In this document: positions 52,601 to 64,000 of the stretch, in pieces | How the letters are laid out: every line of letters begins with the position of its first letter | Numbering within the stretch: the stretch's first letter is position 1 | Assembly: GCF_009914755.1 (NCBI RefSeq) | Contig: NC_060947.1 | Reading direction: 5' to 3' (one strand) | DNA: 64,000 nucleotides | Source: the human T2T-CHM13v2.0 reference genome, Homo sapiens | Program-made: the position numbers and the translations under genes | The notes under the pieces: model-generated | What the model was told of the DNA's origin: nothing | Seen by the model: the letters and a program-made list of their open reading frames with translations, nothing else | The model's database searches: none

Positions 52601-53774
52601 TCTCTTTTAGAAGATCCTTTGGTGATTTGGAGATTCATTCTAATGGCAACTTGAATTTTTTCTTCTATCAGTTAAGTATCCCCATTTCCTTCCTCCATTT
52701 CTCATATGATGTGATTTCCAGTCCCTTTCTCAACTAAATAATACTCTCTTATCTTTCTTCTTCCCCCGCTTCCTTCCTCCCTTTTCTTCTTGAGTGCCTA
52801 CCCTGCTAAGTAAAAGCTATAAAGGTAGATTCTGGACATAGAGCAGTGAATATGTCAAATATGACCCCTGCCCTCCCTTCCAGGGCTTAGAATCTAAGCG
52901 GAGAGAGAAACAAGCACACAGACCTCTACAATGGTGATGTAAGCAGTATGTGAGTAACAAGAGGTGGAGAAGTATCTGACATTTATTGGAAGTTGACTTT
53001 GTGCCCTGCCCCACGCAAAGTACTTTCTATTATTTCACTTATTCTTCACAATACCCCACTTCTTCAGAGGAGGAAACTGAAGCACACAGAAGTTAAGCAA
53101 TTTTCCCAAGATCGCACAATAAGTAGTAGATCGAGGATATAAACCCATAGAATACACTGTTATCAGACTCTTTGAATATAGAGCCCAGATTTTGATTCAG
53201 TACCTCAAGAGTCCTCTGATCAGTCAAGAAAGCACAGCACTTCACGTCTGAATACTCTTTCTTTGCCTCCATCTGAACTCCTCTTTCTTGTCTTGGGAGC
53301 ATGACCCTTCCAAATGCTGGTTCCTTTAAATGTGTTGATAACAAAACCCGGAGATTCTGCTTGCCTATTGCTCATCTCAAGCAACCCCTCTGAGCCCTCT
53401 TCCACCCTGCCCCTCCCCAGCTTTCCCTCACAGAAGAGGTCCTGCTAGGCCCCTGCACCTAGGCCCACATGCCTGCAGGCCCAGTTTTGACCAAAAAGGA
53501 TTGAATCCTGGAAGGGTGGCCTAAAGGAGGGTTCCGACTGATAGCCAGATGTTTCCCAACATCCCTGGGCCTTATTTTTGGAAAAACTTGTTTCTTCTGC
53601 ACATGAATGAAATAGATACGACAGTGATAGTCACAGGTTCCAGCCCAAACAAACTGTGTATTCTACTCATGTCTCTTCTTTGGTTGAACCTTTCTGATAA
53701 AAGGTTGACATGCCAGGGGTGAGGCCAGTAGGCAAACAAGTTTAAAAAGGTGTACTCTGACTTCCAAGGAGAGG

Positions 53775-55921
<2,147 letters not shown>

Positions 55922-57039
55922 GAGGCTACTCCTTGCATGAGAAGAATCAATCTGAAAACTAAAATGGGTCACCCCAGTTCTGTCACCAAGTTGCACTGTG
56001 AGCTTGAACAAGTCTCTTCCCCTACCTAGGTCCTTTATTTCTTAAATAATGAGTGGTTTAAGCAAGCCAACTTCCATGGGCCCCTCTAGCTTTAAGATAT
56101 GATGGGTTCAAGTCCATTTATTAAGAACTTTCTCTTTCAAGAACATCTATAAGTGCCTACTAAGTGCAAATCCCTGTAGAGAAGGGGCAAACTCGATTCT
56201 GGGGAAGAATTATTGAGGAGCCAGAGGCAATCATTGTGATGAAAAATCTCAGCCCTCCCTAAGACCTCCCTTTTGCCCAATTGGTGGCTTTTTGCAAGCC
56301 TAGCCCCATGTCCTTAGAAGTACCAGTACCAAACAGCAGGGCAGAAGGAGGAAGTTCCAACCTCAACTATAAACTGGTTTCTAGTACCTTTCAGGCTACT
56401 CCCCCAGTAATAAGCCAGCTATCTTGACTCTGGGACTAGAGCTCCTTCTAATTTGCTTCTTCCCGAGAAAGGTAGGAGAATTAAATGCAATCCCTGACTT
56501 GCCAAACTCAAACTAAGATGACATTCCAAAAACACATGGAACCATTGTCAGTATTCACCACTATTAGGGTTATCATCTGTCCTCAAACAGAACAGGAGAG
56601 CAGAGTGCTGATATTTGGAAAGAAAAGGAATGCCTCAAAGTAATATGAAAAGGTATCATTGGGATTGGCCTGTCAGCTGAGAGCACAAAGACCAAACAAG
56701 CTGGTACCCCCTTGGGTGAATATACAGAGCCTGGCCCACATCCCCTAAGCACTAATGATGAGCACATAATTATTTCAGGGTTGATTAGACTTAGGGGTGC
56801 TCATCCATCTCTCAAAAGCTCCAATGGCCATAAGAAAGAAAACCAAAAAGGCTCTTTACTGGATTAAAATAAGGAAATAAAACTGCCAAGGAACCTAGAC
56901 ATTTTGGGTCCCTGAGAAGCCAACTTGCCATTAGAAAGTTGCTTGGGCAACATGGAGGCACAACTATAGATCCTTCGGATGGATTGTATCTATCAGGGGC
57001 TTGAATGTTTTCCTGGGCACATGAGGAAGTTGAACAAGG

Positions 57040-57840
57040 TGAAACAGAGGAGTTCCTTTATCCCCCATGTAGGGCGTGCCACAGGGGTGTGGGTCGCTTC
57101 TTAGATGCCCCGCTGCTCAAACCCCTAGAGGGAGCATGCAGATGGGCAGGTCATGGGGAGCGCTTTGGGGCTCCGTCACTACCATAGCGTCTAGGGTAGA
57201 CTGTTAACAGCTCCCGAAGCCCCAGTGGGTGTGTGTTTCAGTGTCCTCTTTCAGTTTTGCTGTCTGCAGGTGGCTTGTGTTAATCAGCTCAATTAGACCC
57301 TCTGCTTTATCTCAAAGACAGAGGGCTTTCTGTATCCCGGATTCTTGCCCTAGTGTACCAGAAAAATTGGACCACACATGGGCTTGGAGGATGAGTGAAA
57401 GGTTTTATTGAGTGATGAAAATAGCTCTCAGTGAGATGGATGAGGAGGCCAGAAGGGAGATGGAGTGGGAATGTAGTCTTCTCTTGGAGTCGAACCACCC
57501 AATGCCTGGACCCTCCTCCGACTGCCCCCAACCGAATTCCATGTTGCCCCACTGTTGATGGCCTGACGGCATCTGCTGGTGTCTGTCAGTGTGCTCTTCT
57601 GCTCCTCTGCTCCTCTCAACGTCCAGCTGCTTGTGCATGTGCCCGCTAGGGTCTCGGGGTTTTTATAGGCACAGGATGGGGGCATGGTGGGCCAGAGTGG
57701 TTTTGGAAAATGCAAAGTTTGGGCACAAAAACAGAAGTGCTTGCCCTCACTTAGGTCCGTGGCACAGGCCCAAGGGTGAAGCCATCTCCAGGGACACTGC
57801 CCTTCTCTACCCAGCACTTCCCTGCCCCCCTCCTGTATCA
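57040..57840 (-). mobile_element. ERV1 solo LTR, LTR1 family
   Basis: Minus strand starts TGATACAGGAGGGGGGCAGGGAAGTGCTGGG; perfect 4-bp TSD AAGG (57036-57039 and 57841-57844). Confidence 0.88.
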
Positions 57841-58519
57841 AAGGCAGTCTTGGATCTCCTATTCAGCACTGAAAATGCATAGAATAACCATAAGTTCTCA
57901 AGTTTGCAAATCACATCCCAGGAGAGTTCCATCTCTCCCTCTAGACTCAAACTCCCACACATGTCCTCTTCTCCACCTTCAGCATCTTGCACACCACTTT
58001 CACTTCTCAGTTCTCTGCCTTCCCACCAATGCAGCCACCACCACTTGGCTACCAAGGCTTTGAAGGCAGGCTCCATTAAGTAGTCCTTGCTTTTCCCAGT
58101 TCTCCTTCCTAGGCCTCCATATTTTTTGTGTAGTCTTTACAGTGTAAAAACAGCCCTAAGTGCTAAGTTATCCCTTAGTACTGCCTTCGAATCTGCTTCT
58201 GCTGCTTTCAAGAAAAATGAAACATTTTACCAGACATTTGTAACTGAATAGAGTCTCTTATCCAATGGCCAAAACCTCTTATAACAGCCACAACTGATAA
58301 GCACATAGTCCTAATAAACTTGTATATTTGAATAAAGTCGCTTTGCTTTCATGACACTTTCCCACAGGCTTACCCATCCCAACCCAGCACTAACAAGGTG
58401 AAGACCACAGGTGGGCAGACTGGCACTGGAAGGGTACAGTATAGAAAGTCAGAGGACTAGATTCTAGAGCCTGGGCTGACCTTGATTAAGTAAATGACCT
58501 TGGATAACTCCTTTTGCTT

Positions 58520-61270
58520 TGCTGAACATCACTATGGCCCTCTTGTCAGAATGGGCTTATGGAAGACAGGTGACCAATGGAGTTTTTGCTCAAATCCATT
58601 TTACACTGGGCCCAGTGGGTTCCTGAACCTATATTGCAGTTATTTCCCCAGATCCAGATGCATAGTTGGAATAGACATATTCAGCAATGGCAAAATCCCC
58701 ACATTTGTTCACTGACTTTTGGAGTGATGGCTGTTACAGTGGGAAAAGCCAGATGGAAGCCATTAGGACTGCCTCTACATAGAAAAAGAGTAAATCAAAA
58801 TCAACCCTTGAAGGGATCTCAGAGATTAGTGCCACCATCAAGTACTTGAAAGATGCACAGGTGGTAATTCCCACCACATCCCCATTCAGCTCTACTACTT
58901 GACCTGTGTGAAAGACAGATGGATCTTACAGAATTGCAGTAGACTTAACCATGTGGTGACTCAGATTAGAGCTGCTATACCAGGTGTGGGTTTCATTGCT
59001 TGAGCAACTTAACACATCCTCTGGTACCTGGTATGCAGCTATTGATCCATACAGCTGTTCCATAACTGTCCATAAGGCCCACCAGAAAAAAATTTGCTTT
59101 CAGCTAGCAAGGATAGCAATGTACCTTCACTGTCTTACCTCAGGGATATATCAGCTGTCCAGCACTAGGTCACAATTTAGTTTGAAGGGAACTTGATCAC
59201 CTTTCACTTCACACGATATCACACTGATCCATTACATTGATGACATGATGCTGATTAAATCTAGTGAGCAAGAAATGGCAACTAGTCTAGACTTATTGGT
59301 AAGACATTTACATGTCAGAAGGTAGAAAATATATCTGACTAAAATATAGGCATCTTCTTCTTCAATGAAATTTCCAGGAGTCCAGTGGTGTAGGGCACAT
59401 CAAGATACTCTTTCTAAGGTGAAGGATAAGTTTTTGCATCTGGCTTTTCCTAACAAAAAAGAGGCATAGTACCTAGTGGACCTGTTTGGATTTGGGAGGC
59501 AACATATTCTTCAGTTGGGTATGTCACTCTGGCTCATTTACTCAATGACCTAAAAAGCTGCTACTTTTGAGTGGGACCCAGAACAGGAGAAGGTTCTGCC
59601 ACAGGTCCAGGTTGCTGTGCAAGCTGCTCTGCCATTTGGGCCACATGATCCAGCAAATCCAATGGTGTTTGAAGAGGCTCCTATAAGTGAATTGCAGTGC
59701 AGGCCTTTGAGATTTGGGAGCAAGGCCCTGCCATCATTCACAGGTAACTACTGTCCTTTTGAGAGCAGCTCTTGCCTTGCTACTGGGCCTTAGTAAAAAC
59801 TGAATGCTTGACCAAGGGCCACCAAGTTATCATAAAACCTGAGTTGCTCATCATGAACTGGATGTCATCTGACCACCAAGTCATAAAGTTGGGCATGTAG
59901 AGCAGCACTCCATCATTAAATGGAAGTGGTGTATATTTGATCAGGCCTCAGTAGGCCCTGAAGGCACAAGTAAGCTACATCAAGAAGTAACCCAAATGCC
60001 CAAGGTCCCCACTCTTGCTACACTGGCTTCTCTCTCCCAGCCTGCACCTATGGCTTCATGAGGGTTCTCTACAATCAGCTGAAAGAGGAAGAGAAGACTA
60101 GGGCCTGGGTTACAGATAGTTCTGCATAACGTACAGTCTCTACCCAAAAGTGGATAGCTTCAGCACTACAGTCCCTTTTGGGGACATTCCTGAAGGAAAG
60201 TGGTAAAGAAAATCTTCTCAATCGGTCAACTTTGAACAACGCATCTGATTGTGCACTTTGCTTGAAAGGAGAAATGGCAAGATGTGCAATTGTATACTAG
60301 TTCATGAGCAATAGCCAGTGGTTTGGCTGACTGGGCAAGGACTTGGGAGAAATGTGATTGGAAAATTAGTGCCAAAGAAACTTGGAGAGGGAGTATGTAG
60401 ACAGACCTCCTTGAATAAGCAAAGAACATGAAGGTATTTGTGTCTTATGTGGATGCTTACCAAAGGGTGACCTCAGGAGAGCAAAACTTTAATAATTAAG
60501 TGGATAGGATGAGCCGTTCTGTGGATACTAGCAGCTGCCTTCCCCAACCTCTCCTGTGATTGCCCGATGGGCTCATGAACAAAGTGGCCATGGTGGTAGG
60601 GATGGAGGTTATGCATGAGCTCAGGAACATGGTCTTCTACTTACCAAGGCCCACCTGGATACAACTATGCTGAGTGCTCAATTTACAAGGAGTAGATACC
60701 AACACTGAGCCTCTGGTAACGGTACCATTCCTGAGGGTAATCATGAAGCTATTTGGTGGCAGGTTGATTGCATTGGACGACTTGCATCATGGAAGGAGCA
60801 GTGTTTTATCCTTACTGGAAAAGACACTTACTCTGGCTATGGATTTGTCCTCCCTGCATACAAAGATTCTGCTATAATTACCATCCATAGACTTATGGAA
60901 TGTCTTATTCACCAACATGATATTCTTCACAGCATTGTTTCTGACACAGGAACTCATTTCACAGCAAAAGAAGTGTAGCAATGGGCTCTTGCTCATGGAA
61001 TTCACTTGTTTACCTTGTCCCCACTATCCTGAAGCAGCTGGCTTGATAAAATGGTGGAACGGCTTTTTGGAGATTCAGTTAGTGCCAGCTAGGTGGTATT
61101 ATCTTGCAAGACTAGGGAATGGTTCTCCAAAAGGCTGTAAACTCTGAATCAGTGTGTAATATGTATTGGTGTGTCTTTCACAGCCAGGATTTATGGGTCC
61201 AGGAATCAAAGTGTGGAAATGGGAGTGGTTCCATTCACTCTTACTCCTAGTTACCCACTAGAAAACTTGT
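58520..61270 (+). pseudogene. pol: ERVL (HERV-L/ERVL-E-like) internal pro-pol remnant
   Basis: HYIDDM with YIDD at 59233-59244, WYAAID, and integrase-like DTYSGYGF and YPEAAGLIKWWNG; many stops and frameshifts. Confidence 0.9.
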
Positions 61271-61284
61271 TTTGAGATAATAAT

Positions 61285-62311
61285 TAATTTTTTATTTTAA
61301 TTTTGTGGATACATAGTAGGCGTATATATTTATGGGTTACATGAAATATTTTGATACATTCTTGCAATGCGTAACAATCACATCAGGGTAAATGGGGTAC
61401 CCATCACCTCAAGCATTTATGCTTTGTGTTACAAACAATCCGGTTATACTCTTTTAGTTATTTAAAAATGTACACTTAAATTATTTTTGACTATAGTTAC
61501 CCTGCTGTGTTAGCAAATATTAGGTTTTATTCATTGTTTCTAACTATTATCTGTGCCCGTTAACCACCTCTACCCTGTCCCATCTCCCCAACTACCCTTT
61601 CCAACCTCTGGTAACCATCCTTTTTCTATCTCCATGAGTTCAAATGTTTTAATATTTTTGCTCTCACAAGTGTATGGGAATATTTGAAGTTTGTCTTTGT
61701 GTGCTGGATTATTTCACTAAACATAATGACCTCCAGTTTAATCAATGTTGTTGCAAATGACAGGATTTTATTATTTTTTATGGCTGAATAATACTCCATT
61801 GTGTATATGTACCATATTTACCCATTCCTGAGTTGATGGACACTTAGGTTGCTTCCAAATATTAGCTATTGTAAATAGTGCTGCAAAAAAAAACATGAGA
61901 ACGCAGATGACTCTTCAATATATTATTTCCTTTCTTTTGGGTATATACTTAGCAGTGGTATTGCTGGATCATATGGTGGCTCTATTTTTACTTTTTTGAG
62001 GAACTTCCAAAGTATTCTCCATAATGGCCGTACTAATTTACATTCCCACCAACAGTGTACAAAAGTTCTCTTTTCTCTACACCCTCACCAGAATTTGTTA
62101 TTTCCTGTTTTTGGACATAAGCCATTTTAACTGGGGTGATATGATATCTCATTGTAGTTTTTATTTGCATTTATCTCATTATCAATGATGGTGAACACCT
62201 TTTCACATACCTGTTTGCAATTTGTATGTCTTCTTTTGAGAAACAACTATTCTTACCTTTTGCCCATTTAAAAAATTGGATTATTAGATTTTTTTTTCCT
62301 ATACAGTTGTT
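61285..62311 (-). mobile_element. L1MA (L1MA2-like) 3' fragment
   Basis: ATCACATCAGGGTAAATGGGGTACCCATCACCTCAAGCATTTAT 3' UTR and TTTACATTCCCACCAACAGTGTA ORF2 end, both reverse complement. Confidence 0.9.
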
Positions 62312-64000
62312 TGATATGGTTTGGCTGTGTCCCCACCCAAATCTTATCTTGAATTGTAGCTCCCATAATCCTCATGTGTTGTGGAAGAGACCTGTTGGGA
62401 GGTAATTGAATCACAGGGATGGGTTTTTCCCATGTTGCTCTCATGATAGTGAATAAGTCTCATGAGATCTCATGGTTTTATAAAAGGGCAGTTCCCCTGA
62501 ACATGCTCCCTTGCCTGGCACCATGTAAGATGTGTCTTTGCTCCTCCATTGCCTTCTGCCATGATTGTGAGGCCTCCCCAGCCATGTGATACTGTGAGTC
62601 CATTAAACCTCTTTTTCTTTACAAATCACCCAGTCTCAGGTAAGTCTTTATCAGCAGTATGAGAACAGACTAATACAGTAAATTGGTACTAGGTAGTGGG
62701 GTGCTCCTATAAAGATACCTGAAAATGTGGAAGCAACTTTGGAACTGGGTAACAGGCAGAGGTTGGAAAAGTTTGGAGGGCTCAGAAGAAGATAAGAAAA
62801 TGTGGGAAAGTTTGGAACTTCCTAGATACTCGGGATGGGGGGTTCAGAAGACAGGAAGATGTGGGAAAGTTTGGAACTTCCTAGAGACTTGTTGAATGGC
62901 ATTGACCAAAATGCTGACAGTGATATGAACAATAAGGTCCAGGCTGAGGTGGTCTCAGAAGGAGATGAGAAACTTGTTGGGAACTGGAGTAAAGGTCAAT
63001 CTTGCTATACAAAGAGACTGGAGCATTTTGCCACTGCCCTAGAGATTTGTGGAACTTTGAACTTGAGAGAGATGATTTAGGGTATCTGGCAGAAGAAATG
63101 TCTAAGTTGCAAAGTGTTCGAGAGAAAGCAGAGCATAAAAATTTGGAAAATTTGCAGCCTGACAATACAATAGAAAAGAAAAACCCATTTTGTCAGGAGA
63201 AATTCAAGCCTGCTGCAGAAATTTGCATAAGTAAAGAGGATCCCACTGTTAGTCACCAAGACAATGAGGAAAATATCTCCAGGTCATGTCAGAGACCTTT
63301 GTGGCAGCCCCTCACATCACAGACCCAGAGGCCTAGGAGGAAAAAATGGTTTTATGGGCTAGGCCTAGGGCCCACCCTGCTGTGTGCAGCCTAGGGACTT
63401 GGTGCACTCATCCCAGCCTCTCCAGCCATGGCTAAAAGGGGCCAAGGTACAGCTTGGGCCATGGCTAAAAGGGGCCAAGATACAGCTTGGGCCATGACTT
63501 TGGAGGGTGCAAGCCCCAAACCTTGGCAGCTTCCAAGTAGTGTTGAGCCCATGTGTAAAAAAAACACAGAAGTCAAGAATTGAAGTTTGGAAACCTCCAC
63601 CTAGATTTCAGAGGATGTATGGAAATGCCTGGATGTCCAGGCAGTAGTTTCCTGCAGGGGCAGGGCCCTCATGGAGAAACTCTGCTAGGGCAGTGCAGAA
63701 ATGAAATGTGTGATCAGAGTCCCTACACAGAGTCCCCATTGGGGCATTGCCTAGTGGAGCTCTGATGAGAGGGCCACTGTCCTCCAGACCCCAGAATAGT
63801 AGATCCACCTACAGCTTGCACTGTGCCCCTGGAAAACCCACAGACACTCAATGCCAGCCTGTGACAGCAGCCCGAAGTATGGCTGTATCCTGCAAAGCCA
63901 CAGGGCATGAGCTGCCTAAGGCCATGGGACTCTACCTCTTGCATCAGTGTGACCTGGCTGTGAGACATGGAGTCTAAGGAGATGATTTTGGAACTTTAAG
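62312..64000 (+). mobile_element. THE1 (THE1C-like) 5' LTR (62312-62677) plus internal region running off the window
   Basis: TGATATGGTTTGGCTGTGTCCCCACCC...GACTAATACA then GTAAATTGGTAC; internal ORFs WESLELPRDLLNG and CPRDLWNFELERDDLGYLAEE. Confidence 0.94.

Overview
Hominid (human or African great-ape-like) genomic DNA, intergenic or deep-intronic and dominated by interspersed repeats. No host protein-coding exon is recognisable, and every long ORF lies inside a transposable element. Main content: (1) a HERV-H provirus (21191-26000) with a full-length LTR7 5' LTR and a perfect ATAAG TSD, whose pol end is fused directly to the last 33 bp of the 3' LTR, so env, PPT, U3 and the poly(A) signal are gone; (2) a full-length but defective L1PA2-like LINE-1 (39595-45628) with an open, C-terminally extended antisense ORF0; (3) a 5'-truncated L1PA4-like copy inside an ERV1 solo LTR; (4) four Alus, two LTR1-family solo LTRs, MER4, MaLR (THE1/MST/MLT1) and MLT2 LTRs, an ERVL pol remnant, Tigger1, MER46A, MADE1 and many MIR/L2/CR1 relics; (5) a U7 snRNA retropseudogene with TSD. 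Several short dispersed duplications and one probable ancient L1 3' transduction are visible by eye. I find no support for a new protein-coding system. The most interesting testable hypothesis is a transcription unit assembled from TEs: LTR7 read-through terminating in a heterologous MER4 LTR, facing the L1 antisense promoter. Subfamily names come from remembered consensus sequences and need RepeatMasker/Dfam confirmation. Boundaries of old repeats are approximate.
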